Shown: in pieces, positions 17,304 through 28,000 of the stretch
How positions within the stretch are numbered: the first letter of the stretch is position 1
How the letters are laid out: every line of letters begins with the position of its first letter
NCBI GenBank assembly: GCA_050011565.1
Contig: JBEKIW010000006.1
Coordinates: forward strand, 1 to 64,000
Length of the DNA: 64,000 nt
Source: Dehalococcoidia bacterium
Lineage (GTDB): Bacteria > Chloroflexota > Dehalococcoidia > GIF9 > UBA5629
Direction of reading: 5' to 3'
Translations under genes and position numbers: made by a program
Notes under the pieces: generated by a model
Databases searched by the model: none
Seen by the model: the letters and a program-made list of their open reading frames with translations, nothing else
Told to the model about the DNA's origin: nothing

Positions 17304-18437
17304 TCAGCTAGTCATGGCTGGCCATTTCAAGTCGACGAGTTTCTGAGTCACGCGCTCACGTTCCGTAGCATCACGGCAGATAGACCTGAAGCCTATTATC
17401 TTGCCCTCAGTATTTCGCAGGGGCGAAACTGAATCCTCCAGATATACCTTCTGCCCGCATTTCTTGACATTTGCATGGTGATACGAAGTTACTGGCTCTC
17501 CGGTCCGGTATACCTTATTCCACGTCTGATATACGCTGTCTATTTCCTCTTCCGGTATGTAGCATCGATAGTTCATTCCGACTAACTCTTCTTTAGAGCG
17601 TCTTAGCTGACGGCAGGCTGCCTCATTGACATACGTGAAATTACCGGAAAGGTCAACCTCGAAGTAGCTTTCGCCGATTTCCTCCATTACCGCCCGATAT
17701 TTCTCTGCCGACTGCTTTAGAGCTTCCTCCTGCCTCACACGCTCGGTAACGTCACGGCCGATACACCTGAATCCCGCGACCTCACCGTACTCATTTCTTA
17801 ACAGACAAGCCGACATCTCAGCAATCGCAGTGGTACCATCCTTACGAATGACCTGGCAATGAAGGTCTTTGACCTCTGTCCTACTTTGAAAGGCATCATC
17901 GAAAGCCTTATATACAGCTTCATAACACTCTTCGGTTATATGATCTCGACAAGCCGTTCCTGTCAGTTCTTCTTTAGAATATCCCAGAAAGCGGCATAAT
18001 GTATCATTAACGAAAATGAAGTTACCGACAGGGTCTATCGCAAAATAGGCATCTGGTATCTGGTCCACGATAGTCCTGTGTTTCTCTTCGGCTTCCGCTG
18101 TGGTCTCTTTTAGTTGCACCTGGTTGGTTGCAATGGCTTTCTCTAGAATTAAGACCCCATTACCATTACCATTGCCGTTACTGTTACCGTTACCGTTCTT
18201 TTTTACAGATTTTAACTCGTAGGGGAATAGGGGATGATACTCAATACTCTCGGCCGCCTTCTTCCCGGAGGCTCCGTTACCATTTGTGCCAACATCGCCC
18301 GGAGAGTACCCACCCGATAATTCCTGTTCTTTGAAATCTGCCTCTTCCTTATGCGAGGAATCATTGGGCTTCGCTTTCTTTTCCTCTGGAACAATATAGA
18401 TATCCGTGCCATCGCAATGTATCGAAACCTTAGCCAT
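17304..18437 (-). CDS. PAS-PAS sensor protein lacking an output domain (probably a truncated diguanylate cyclase)
   Basis: Two PAS/PAC repeats ending RDVTER and RDATER; NG low-complexity N-region; out-of-frame EMASHD*LTNSP at the 3' end. Confidence 0.8.
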   Translation of the reverse strand: MAKVSIHCDGTDIYIVPEEKKAKPNDSSHKEEADFKEQELSGGYSPGDVGTNGNGASGKKAAESIEYHPLFPYELKSVKKNGNGNSNGNGNGNGVLILEKAIATNQVQLKETTAEAEEKHRTIVDQIPDAYFAIDPVGNFIFVNDTLCRFLGYSKEELTGTACRDHITEECYEAVYKAFDDAFQSRTEVKDLHCQVIRKDGTTAIAEMSACLLRNEYGEVAGFRCIGRDVTERVRQEEALKQSAEKYRAVMEEIGESYFEVDLSGNFTYVNEAACRQLRRSKEELVGMNYRCYIPEEEIDSVYQTWNKVYRTGEPVTSYHHANVKKCGQKVYLEDSVSPLRNTEGKIIGFRSICRDATERERVTQKLVDLKWPAMTS

Positions 18438-18548
18438 TATCGTCAACTCCTCCAAACTGAACTCGGTTTGTTCGACCGCTCTGCCCTATTTAAACCGGTA
18501 ATTAACGTATAACTTCCCCTCAAGCTCATAATTCAAATATACTACCGT

Positions 18549-18614
18549 ATAGGACTTATGTAAATAGCCTAAAGGTAACTTTACATATAGTAAAAAGGTA
18601 ATAGGCCCAAAGTA
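18549..18614. promoter_or_regulatory. Four direct repeats ATAG-N7-GTA, putative regulator-binding array
   Basis: Copies start at 18549, 18564, 18587 and 18601, upstream of the PAS gene. Confidence 0.45.
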
Positions 18615-18683
18615 TATCACAGGGCTTTCAGGGCAATGAGATTAGCTATGACTAAGTGGTGTTTAAGCCTGCCAGGTTTGGTC

Positions 18684-21209
18684 TCAGAATTTCACTTTGC
18701 TGTAGAAGATTCTTTTTGTTATTTCAGCGCCGGCAACATATAACAGCACAATCACCACAATCACGAAAAAGAACCAGAGCGGCAATGGTTGGAAACCAAA
18801 TAGTTGCCCGAGTGGAGTAAAAGGGAAGATAAACGTGACGCCTACGATCAACAGAGTGGTAATAAGCAAATACTTCCCCGGCTTGCTCCTAAAGAAAGGC
18901 TTCCGACTGCGAATAACGAGCACAATCACCGAAGCTGAAATAACAGACTCCATAAACCAGCCGGTTCTGAATTGGTTCGTTGTGGCGTGCAGTATAAACA
19001 GAAGTACGCCAAAGGTAAGATAGTCAAACACCGAACTGAGTAGCCCGAAAGTTATCATGAATTTGCGGATGAATTTGATATCCCAGCGTCGGGGTTTATC
19101 AACTGCTTCACGGTCTACGTTATCTGTGGCGATGGTCATCTCAGGAAAATCGGTAAACAAATTGGTGAGAAGGACCTGTTTGGGAAGGAGAGGAAGAAAG
19201 GACAAAAAGAGGGATGCTCCAGCCATGCTGAACATGTTCCCGAAATTAGCACTCGTCGCCATGAACACATACTTGAGTGTGTTTGAAAATGTCATCCTTC
19301 CTGCCTGCACACCCTGCTTTAGGACGCGGAGGTCCTTTTCGAGCAGCACAATATCAGCCGCATCCTTGGCCACATCTACAGCGCTATCAATAGAAATACT
19401 AACATCAGCAGCATGTAGTGCCGAGGCATCATTGATTCCATCGCCCATATAACCAACCACATTTCCAGCCTTCTTCAAAGCCAGAATAATACGCTCTTTA
19501 TGATTTGGCTCGACTTCGGCGAAGACATCTACCTCATTAACTTGTTTAAGCAGCGCTTCATCACTCATCTTATGCAGGTCTGAACCCGAAATGATTCGTA
19601 GATTAAGTAGTCCTACCTGTCGACTAACACTAGCCGCGACAAGCTTGTTGTCCCCGGTAATGACCTTTAATGAAACGCCGAGTTCTTTCAATTCACCTAT
19701 GGTTTTCGCAATATCAAGCTTAGGTGGGTCAAAAAGCGCCAGGAATCCTGCAAATGTCATACCAACTTCATGGTCTTTAGTGATAACTGAATCAGAGCCA
19801 ACGTCACGATAAGCGACCCCAAGCGTGCGAAAGCCTTTACTGCTTAGCTCTTCAAAGCGCCCTTTTATCCTTTCCCGCACGGCAGCTATATCGACAACAG
19901 TTCCACCGGCAATTTCTATTGTGGAACAGACGGCAAGAACATTCTGTAAAGCACCTTTGGTCACCATTAAATGCCTACCATTGTCTGAGACCAAAATGCT
20001 AAGCCTCTTTCGAATGAAATCGTATGGCAACTCGTCAAGTTTTTCATAGCCAGACAAGTCAAACTGGCGATGGTTGCGTATCCCTTCATCAATAGGGTTC
20101 GCAAACCCCGTTTCATAAAACGCATTTATATAAGCATAGAAAATAACCTTTTCACTTTCGTTACCATCAATATCAACGGCAGAATGGACACGAACCACTC
20201 CTTCGGTCAGCGTACCCGTCTTATCTGAACAAAGCACATTCATGCTGCCAAAATTCTCAATAGAGGCAAGCCGTTTGACAATCACCTTGTCTCGTGCCAT
20301 ACGTTTGGCACCCTGTGCCAGGTTGATACTAATAATTGCCGGCAGAAGCTGAGGAGTGAGTCCAACAGCTAAGGCTAAAGAAAATAGAAAAGCCTCCAAC
20401 ACCGGGCGGGCAAAAAAGACATTGATGGCGAAAACAGCAACCACCAGTATTACCGTAACTTCCAGGAGGAGATACCCGAATTGCCTGACGCCGTGTTCAA
20501 ATTCCGTCTCCGGAGGCCTCAGTTTCAGACATTCGGAAACTTTGCCGAATTCGGTTTCTTTACCCGTGCGAACAACCACGGCTCTGGCAGTACCGCTTAC
20601 CACGTGAGTCCCCATAAGAATACTGTTTGTCCGTTTACCAAGGGGTGTTTCCGGTGACAAGAGCTGGACCAGTTTCTCTACAGGATAGGTTTCCCCCGTC
20701 AGTGTCGCTTCATCTACAAAGAGATCCTTTGATTCCAGAATCAGACAGTCTCCCGGAATGACGTCCCCGGCATTGAGGACAACAATATCTCCGGGCACAA
20801 TCTCCTCGACGGGAACCTCACTCTCATTTCCATCGCGAAGCACTGCAGCCTTTATTTGCACCAGCGCTAACAACTTCTCGACGGCATTGGCGGCTCCCCT
20901 CTCTTGCCAGAATCCGAGCATGCCGCTCACGAAGATAATCGCCAGGATAATCAGAGCGTTAGTAGTATCACCCAGGAAAGAAGACAGTATTGCAGCAAAA
21001 AGAAGAATAAGAATGATGGGACTTTTAAATTGACTAAGTAAAAGTATAAGTGTGCCTGATCTCTTTTTGGGTTTAAGGACATTAAAGCCATACCGCTGGA
21101 GACGCTTCTTGGCTTCCTGGGTCGTCAATCCCCCGGATTTTGCTCCCAAACGTGCCAGCAATTCGCTAACCGGTAGGCTCCAAAATTCAGACAGGTTTTG
21201 ATTACTCAC
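18684..21209 (-). CDS. mgtA: Magnesium-translocating P-type ATPase
   Basis: TGE, AVGLTPQLLP, DKTGTLT, KGA, GDGIND, SANFGNMFS; GTG start after GAGGA. Confidence 0.9.
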   Translation of the reverse strand: MSNQNLSEFWSLPVSELLARLGAKSGGLTTQEAKKRLQRYGFNVLKPKKRSGTLILLLSQFKSPIILILLFAAILSSFLGDTTNALIILAIIFVSGMLGFWQERGAANAVEKLLALVQIKAAVLRDGNESEVPVEEIVPGDIVVLNAGDVIPGDCLILESKDLFVDEATLTGETYPVEKLVQLLSPETPLGKRTNSILMGTHVVSGTARAVVVRTGKETEFGKVSECLKLRPPETEFEHGVRQFGYLLLEVTVILVVAVFAINVFFARPVLEAFLFSLALAVGLTPQLLPAIISINLAQGAKRMARDKVIVKRLASIENFGSMNVLCSDKTGTLTEGVVRVHSAVDIDGNESEKVIFYAYINAFYETGFANPIDEGIRNHRQFDLSGYEKLDELPYDFIRKRLSILVSDNGRHLMVTKGALQNVLAVCSTIEIAGGTVVDIAAVRERIKGRFEELSSKGFRTLGVAYRDVGSDSVITKDHEVGMTFAGFLALFDPPKLDIAKTIGELKELGVSLKVITGDNKLVAASVSRQVGLLNLRIISGSDLHKMSDEALLKQVNEVDVFAEVEPNHKERIILALKKAGNVVGYMGDGINDASALHAADVSISIDSAVDVAKDAADIVLLEKDLRVLKQGVQAGRMTFSNTLKYVFMATSANFGNMFSMAGASLFLSFLPLLPKQVLLTNLFTDFPEMTIATDNVDREAVDKPRRWDIKFIRKFMITFGLLSSVFDYLTFGVLLFILHATTNQFRTGWFMESVISASVIVLVIRSRKPFFRSKPGKYLLITTLLIVGVTFIFPFTPLGQLFGFQPLPLWFFFVIVVIVLLYVAGAEITKRIFYSKVKF

Positions 21210-21235
21210 TTCAATCCTCAAGTGAGAACGCCTCA

Positions 21236-21360
21236 AAAAATAAACCTACAAATGCCAATCACGCTGCCTGCATGGGCTAACTGCCAAGGCACTGTTAATT
21301 AGCAATCACGCCGTGGCGCGGATCTAACTAATTGCTGCTGACCCAATGAGTGCCCTTAGT
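21236..21360 (-). ncRNA. Candidate structured 5' leader of mgtA
   Basis: Pairings AGGGCACT/AGTGCCTT, AGCAATTA/TGATTGCT, AATTAG/CTAATT and TGGGTCAGCAGC/GCAGTTAGCCCA; T-run before the RBS. Confidence 0.35.
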
Positions 21361-21491
21361 TTGAATCTACATTATAGAGTTAGTAGTTGTCAAGGTAAGG
21401 CTGACCAGGGTAAAAGGTTGGTAGACTTCGTAGTAATCATGAGATCAGGTTTTTCATCTCGAAGAAATCTTACAGGTATACTTACGCACGA

Positions 21492-22640
21492 TTATTGTTT
21501 CTGCTGGTTCAAGAAGTCTATCGCCCACTGGATTTCGTCATTGCCGGTGACCGTTAGAGTATAGTCCGGCTCTATGCCCTTCCCTTCTATAAGCTGGCCA
21601 TTGGGTCTCAGCCAGCGGCCAACCGTTAAATATATATCGGAGCCGTCATCAAGCGGCACATTGATATCATAGCTGCCCTTGCCGAAGGTTTTAACGCCGG
21701 CTACGGTGGCACGATTATGGTCACGCAAGGCTGCAGTCAAAACCTCGCTGCCGCTGGCGCTGTACTGGTCGACCAGTACCACCACAGGCAGGTTGGTAAA
21801 CACGCCGTTGGGATTCACCGGCACCGGGGTCTTACTACCATGATTATCCACCAGCGTCAGAACTACGCCATCTTTAATAAAGTGGCTGGCTACATCGACC
21901 ACAACCGGCACTATACCTCCCGGATTACTGCGCAAATCGATGATGATTCCGGCAGCTTTTTGTGCCAAAATTGACTGCAGTGCATTGTTAAACTCGGCAT
22001 TTGTCTTGGTGTCGAATTCGTTAATTCTTATGTAAGCTATATCCCCCTTCATCTCCGAGCTAACCGTAAACGACGAAATCCGGGCTCTGACTATGTCAAT
22101 CTCCACCGGCGTTGTCTGGCCTTCATGCTGGATAGTCAACTTAACGGACGTTCCCGCAGGTCCGCGTATGTTCAAGACGACTTCGATGAGGCTCATACCC
22201 TCCGTCGATTTACCGTTAATCTCCAGGATAATGTCGCCCGTCTTTATGCCCGCCTTTTGTGCCGGCGAATTCTCCAGCGGAGCCACAATTGTCGGCTGAT
22301 TGCTCTTATTCATGTTTACCTGGGCGCCGATGCCCTCGAATGTGCCTTCAAGGTCGCTTTCAAACAGCTTATACATCTCGGGGTCGAGGAACGCGGAATA
22401 AGGGTCGTTCAAAGCCGTCATCATCCCCTTGATGGCACCGTGGCTGAGGTTGGTCGAATCGAGTTTGCTCGGCTCTACATAGTCCTGGTAGAGTGCGTTC
22501 CACGCCTGGTCTATCAGGGGCAGACCGGCATTCTGGTCCTGTGCTGATTTACCACCCATCATGTAGCCGATGTTAAAAGAGAGGGCGATTACAAGTACGG
22601 CTACGATAGCAAACAGAGCATACTTTAACTTTTTCGGCAT
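21492..22640 (-). CDS. S41 family C-terminal processing peptidase with PDZ domain
   Basis: N-terminal TM, DPYS, GIG, DLRSNPGG, SASGSE, TFGKG. Confidence 0.92.
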   Translation of the reverse strand: MPKKLKYALFAIVAVLVIALSFNIGYMMGGKSAQDQNAGLPLIDQAWNALYQDYVEPSKLDSTNLSHGAIKGMMTALNDPYSAFLDPEMYKLFESDLEGTFEGIGAQVNMNKSNQPTIVAPLENSPAQKAGIKTGDIILEINGKSTEGMSLIEVVLNIRGPAGTSVKLTIQHEGQTTPVEIDIVRARISSFTVSSEMKGDIAYIRINEFDTKTNAEFNNALQSILAQKAAGIIIDLRSNPGGIVPVVVDVASHFIKDGVVLTLVDNHGSKTPVPVNPNGVFTNLPVVVLVDQYSASGSEVLTAALRDHNRATVAGVKTFGKGSYDINVPLDDGSDIYLTVGRWLRPNGQLIEGKGIEPDYTLTVTGNDEIQWAIDFLNQQKQ

Positions 22641-22747
22641 CGGATTCACCTCTTCTTTTATTCTTTTAGGTGGCACCTTCCCGCAGGTGCTCCGGTAATC
22701 GTGCCTGGAGCGGATGCTCCAGGCTACCCCAGTGGCTCCAAAAATAT

Positions 22748-23209
22748 TCAAGCTTGCGTTATTAGTTCAGACGTGCAATAGGCGCATTTCCTGGCTTTTA
22801 CGTGCACCTGAGACAGGCAGTAGGGACATTCCTTTGTGGTAAGCGCAACTCCCTTCTTGGACTCAAGCCTGGTGCGAGCATGAACGAAGGCACGTATTAA
22901 AAAGAACAATACTACGGCAACTATCAGGAAGCTTACTAGAGTATTAATGAACACGCCGTAGTTGATGGTAACAGCACCGGCTGCCTGGGCGTTAGCAAGT
23001 GATGCGTATGGACCTGGGGTCGTGCCTGCTTTTAAGACTGCAAAAAGGTTTGTAAAATCTACGTTGCCCAGCACCAGACCTATAGGTGGCATAATGATGT
23101 CCTTAACAATCGAGGTCACAATAGTGCCGAAGGCAGCCCCGATTATGATGCCCACTGCCATGTCCAATACATTGCCGCGCATCATAAAATCACGGAAGTC
23201 TTTTAGCAT
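22748..23209 (-). CDS. mscL: Large-conductance mechanosensitive channel with C-terminal Zn ribbon
   Basis: [37 protein letters not shown]. Confidence 0.95.
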   Translation of the reverse strand: MLKDFRDFMMRGNVLDMAVGIIIGAAFGTIVTSIVKDIIMPPIGLVLGNVDFTNLFAVLKAGTTPGPYASLANAQAAGAVTINYGVFINTLVSFLIVAVVLFFLIRAFVHARTRLESKKGVALTTKECPYCLSQVHVKARKCAYCTSELITQA

Positions 23210-23271
23210 TGCTCCATCCTCCTTTTTTATTTCTAGATGGCACCTGCCCGCTGGCGACCGCACTCTGCCAC

Positions 23272-24075
23272 TTACTCGCTGGAACAAATGAACCACGGAT
23301 ATCTGGTGACTTCTCTGTAGCCTATTTTTAGATAGACGGGCTCACCAAACTTGCTGGCCTGAAGCACGACTTTTCGTGCGCCCAGAGCAAAAGCTGCATT
23401 GCTCACCTCGCGGGTACAGTACTCGGCCAATCCAATTCCTCTTGCCTTCTTTATCGTACCCACCCAGTAAATGCCGGCGATGCCGTGGCTGAGCATAGCC
23501 ATTGCAGTGCCTGCCGGCTCGCCTTTAAGATAGACCACTGCCAAAACTAAATATGGGCTGATTACGCGCTGCGCCTGAGCGAAATAGCTTTCGCTGACCT
23601 CTTTGGGATAGCCCAGGTCCTGGTAAGCTTCGGCCACAACTTGCTTGAAGCCCTGCAATTCATCCTCATTATCCACCCAGTGCAGCCCTGCCCCAGCCGG
23701 CACTGCTCCCCCCTTTATCGGTTCATCAAGTACCATTCCCGGTGCCTCAGACAGCAAGAAGATTTTATTGTCTTTACAATGCTGGATAATGGCCTGGTCG
23801 CAGTGACCTCGAAGTATAAGCGAAAACAGTGTCTTTCGTTTAGCGAAGAAGCCCTTTATTCTAGCCAAAAAAGCATCGGGGTGCTCATTTGGCTCTACTG
23901 CCAAGTTAAATGCGAAATTACAGCCGGGGAAATCCGTGGCCGAATTGATGAACACCGTGTCCTGGCACTGAAATATCTCTGAATTAGGAATACATTTTGA
24001 GCTCTCGCACCAAAACTCTACCAGGTTGAGGTCAGCCAGCCTCAATAACTCAGATTCACTCATGGAATGCTTCAT
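23272..24075 (-). CDS. GNAT family N-acetyltransferase
   Basis: [28 protein letters not shown]. Confidence 0.85.
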   Translation of the reverse strand: MKHSMSESELLRLADLNLVEFWCESSKCIPNSEIFQCQDTVFINSATDFPGCNFAFNLAVEPNEHPDAFLARIKGFFAKRKTLFSLILRGHCDQAIIQHCKDNKIFLLSEAPGMVLDEPIKGGAVPAGAGLHWVDNEDELQGFKQVVAEAYQDLGYPKEVSESYFAQAQRVISPYLVLAVVYLKGEPAGTAMAMLSHGIAGIYWVGTIKKARGIGLAEYCTREVSNAAFALGARKVVLQASKFGEPVYLKIGYREVTRYPWFICSSE

Positions 24076-24217
24076 TCTACACTTGCTTTATTATAACGCC
24101 TTTTCCTTTGCCCGACTTAGCTATCGCAAATACTGCTGGTGTCAGATTATCATTAGGTATTTTTTGGGCGTCATCTGCCTATAGATGATCCTTTATAAAT
24201 TTAACAGTATAAATCGT

Positions 24218-24988
24218 TTATTGTAACTGCCAGCATTTACGAATTGCTAATGGAAGCTTCGGTATCATCCTAACAGGTATACCATCAGGTTCTAACTGAA
24301 CACCAAACAAGCGAGGACTTTTTGTTTTTAGATAAGATGGGCCCTCCCAGATGCAGCCTCCGAGCAAATCAAGACACGTTGGATTAGTCATTTTCCAACG
24401 TCTATCTGGATTAAACGCTAAGTGGCAAGCATGAGCTACGCAGTCAGCAAAACTCAGCAAAGGCTCACTACCACTATCAACTGCTCTTACTTCTTGTAAT
24501 TTATCAAAAAGAATTCTTTCTGTTACTTTCTTTTTTCTATAGAAATGGTTATAACGCAATTTCTGCCAAATATAATCCTCGAGATCTTGCAAATATTTGT
24601 GACTATCAAAGATAATGCAAGCTTTCTCACTATTGTCCGAAGCAAAATGAGTGGCAACACGTACCATTTCTTTCATGTAATATCGATATGCCCATCCTTT
24701 TTGACGTAATTTTTCAGAAGTAATCTCATTGATGCGTACTGCAACAATACTGATTTTTGTATTAGATGCAGATAATGCATGTGTTATATGATATTTGCTG
24801 TTCCCATCCAAATTCCGAAAATGTAATGTACGGTCAGATTTACTGCCTAGGCAATTGCAAATATCTTGATATAACTTCTTCATTATCACTACTTGTTCGT
24901 CTCTCAAAAGCACACATGCAAAACCGAACCATTCGGTTCCTTTAGTTCCCGGCGCCGGATTTCCCCATTCATCTACTAAAGCGAGCAT
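24218..24988 (-). CDS. DUF3800-like (RNase H-fold) protein
   Basis: LVDEWG start, LHFR, IIFD, VDS..PLLSFADCVA; AT-rich relative to its neighbours. Confidence 0.7.
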   Translation of the reverse strand: MLALVDEWGNPAPGTKGTEWFGFACVLLRDEQVVIMKKLYQDICNCLGSKSDRTLHFRNLDGNSKYHITHALSASNTKISIVAVRINEITSEKLRQKGWAYRYYMKEMVRVATHFASDNSEKACIIFDSHKYLQDLEDYIWQKLRYNHFYRKKKVTERILFDKLQEVRAVDSGSEPLLSFADCVAHACHLAFNPDRRWKMTNPTCLDLLGGCIWEGPSYLKTKSPRLFGVQLEPDGIPVRMIPKLPLAIRKCWQLQ

Positions 24989-25069
24989 ACAAACGACCTG
25001 TGCAAAATAATTGTACCACTTCCTAAGTTAGAGTCTATCATTTTAGAGGTAGGCACACAGAGTTATACG

Positions 25070-28000
25070 CTAGCCGAGCGGCTTAACGGCTTCCTGGCTG
25101 CAAAACCGAATGACCTCGGCGAAATTGTTGATTCGCACCAGGTTGTTCGTTTCGGAGAAGCCGTCATAGGTCAGGCTAATCCAGGGTTTTTGATAAGCTG
25201 TGCTTAGCTTCTCGGCAAAAGCAGCTACAATACCACCGGGCATACAGCCATGGGGCATCACCGATATGATGCCGGCGAAATTCGGGTTCTCCAGCCAGTG
25301 GACGGCGCTGCCGATGCTGAGCACGGCCTCACTACCGCACTTCGGCGACAGATACCGGCTGGTCAGCTTTAATAGTTCGGCGGTGGAAAGTTCCTTATCG
25401 TCGACTGAACCATTGAAATGTTCCGCCACTGAATGCTCGTCGTGCTCCTGTATCCGCTTCCTTATGTAGCTATTCACTATCTTCTTGAACTTCCTGTCCT
25501 TTACGGCATCTTCCAGGTTCCGGTACGAGGTGTACTTTATCCACTCCCCCATGGGAGCCACCACGACCTCCAGACCGGCAGCTTCGCAGGCGCGAACCAG
25601 GTTGCTGTTGCTGAACTTGTTGGAGCGGAGGTATATCTCGCCGTTAATGCCCACCAGCGGCTTTCGGGGCAGGTCGGGGTCAATGAGGGCCTCGAACTCC
25701 GAAACCGCCTGCCGCAGGACATCGTCGAAAGCTTCTTGTCTGCGAACGTAATCCGCAATCCGCTTAAGACATTTGTCGAACAACTCGTCTGCTGCACCGG
25801 CATGCTTTTCATAGGGACGGCTGCGCCAGAGAAGCTTCTCCAGGCAGTCCACAGCCACGATTCCTCTCCAGGCCAGCCGTTCAAAGCCGGGGCCTAAACC
25901 CAGATCACGATAGGCATTATTCGATACCGTGCTGCGCACCGGCAGGTCAAAGCCGATATCTCTGAGCAACCGGTTCTGTTCAATAGCGTACTTGCCCAGG
26001 CGGCAGGGACCGTACGAACCGGCCATAAATCCCTCGATATCTCTGGCATCGGCGCCATTTTCGTAGTAATACCGCATGAAGTCGCCCAGGGTGACGCGGT
26101 AAGGCAGGCATTCGGCACCGGTTGTTACCTGATTGCTATATAAAATGTTTCGCTCATCCGGTTCGGGCAGCACAATGACCCTGGCACCGTTAGCCTCCAT
26201 AGCCGCCGCCACAACTTCAACATACGGCGCCATTCTCGGAATCAGGATTGTTTTCTGCGAACTTACGGTAGCTACTGTTCCACGGTAGATGTCCTGGCGA
26301 CGGACCTGGCTCTGTTTGGTAGAGCGGGAGAAACCGGTAATGGTGTCCACAAAGGCTTCGAGGCGGGTGACGATGCCGGCTTCTGCGGCGTGCTCATCTA
26401 TTTCCAGCTGCCCTAACGGCTTGCCGCCCATTATATCTTCCACGATTTTGGTTATGAACGAATTGGGGCCGCATCCGAAATTGGTCAGTACCAGCCCGTA
26501 AAGCTTCGGGTCCGACTCAGTTATAGCCGCCCCGGCTATGTGCTTGCTTTCATACAGCCAGTACGGCCGGTCTGAATATTTCCTGGGATTAACCCGGCCC
26601 AGTGGCAGAAAGTCGAGCGGTATGGGCACCACACCGAGCTGGGCAAGCTTTTCGGCTATACCCAAATTCGCGCCCGAGTCCTGTGAAAGGTAAGACCGGG
26701 CGAAGAGCACGACTCCTAATTTGCCGCTGTCGCGGAGCTGCCTGAGCAGTTTTTTACCAGCCCGTTGTTTGTCCCTCTCAAATTTCTGCTGCGACTGGAT
26801 GCCGGCCAGCGCTGCCTTCCGGCCACCGGTTTTGCTGAAACCCATCTTCACGGCAATATCGGCAAGTTCATCGATGACCTCGTCATCGCCGCGGCTGAAA
26901 TCGAGCACCGGTATCAAAAGGCGCTCCTGTAGGTTCAGTGCCTCGCGTATTATAAACGGCGATGCCTGGACCAGCGGGCAGGTGTATTTCTGGTTCTCAT
27001 CGCCCTCCTTCAGTCCCAACCGGATAGCACAGGGATACAGAATGTAATCTACGTCCGGCAGGCTGGCGGCGTGACCGTGAAGCAATTTAAGCGGGAAGCA
27101 ACTGTCGCTGTAGCTCAACTCCACGGCTTTCTCTATTGTCTCTTTGGTGGTGCTGCTGGAAAGGACAACCCTGGCGCCGAGAGCATTCAAAAAACCGATG
27201 AGCAAAGGTGCGTAGTCGTAAGTAAACAACGCACGAGGAACCCCTACCGTGGGCCCGGTGCCGGCGCCATCCTTATATTCGCGGAAGAGCAATCTCTCCC
27301 GTTCGTCAAAGGCTGTTTCAACCTTTCCCGCGGCAATGGTGCTATCGTAGCGGTCGCATCGGCTGCCGTAGAATGTAGATTTCTCGTTCGGTACCTGCAT
27401 TCGCGTTATGTTGCAGTTGTTGTCGCATCGCTTGCAGACAAACGTGGACAGGCTGGGCTCGCTGCCGATTATTTCCTGGAAACCTCGAAACTTTGACTCC
27501 TTGCCGGACATCCTTTCCTTTGCCAGGAGCGCGGCACCTATGGCGCCGCTTATTTCCTTATGTTCAGGCACTGTCAGTTTTTTGCCTTTAAGCTGCTCGC
27601 GGAAGGCAGACACAACAGCGTGGTTGTAGAATACGGCTCCCGTGAGAATAACCTTATTGCCCAGCATCCTATTTCCCACCACCTTGGAAAGGTAGTTCTT
27701 GGCGATGGAATTAGACAGGCTGGCGGTTATTATCGGCAGCGGCACGCCCTCCTGCTGGGCAGACGTCACCGCCTGGCCCATGAAAGCGGCACATCTCGTC
27801 CCCAAATCTATGGTGTAAGGCGCCTGGAAGGCTAGATTGGCGAAATCACCATTGCTGACAGAAACGTTGAGCATTTCGGCCAGCTCGTCGATGAAGCTGC
27901 CAGTTCCGGCGGCACAGGCCTTGTTCATCTGGTAGTCAACCACGACGCCGTTCCTTTTGATAACCAGCTTGGAGTCCTGACCTCCTATTTCGATTATGTC

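Noticed and set aside
18158-18200. Asn-Gly coding repeat as a contingency locus
   Set aside because: Codons vary and stay in frame; it is an ordinary low-complexity linker.
24121-24200. Fluoride riboswitch (GATGACGCC on the minus strand)
   Set aside because: The conserved 5' GGxGATGG..TCxCC part is absent.
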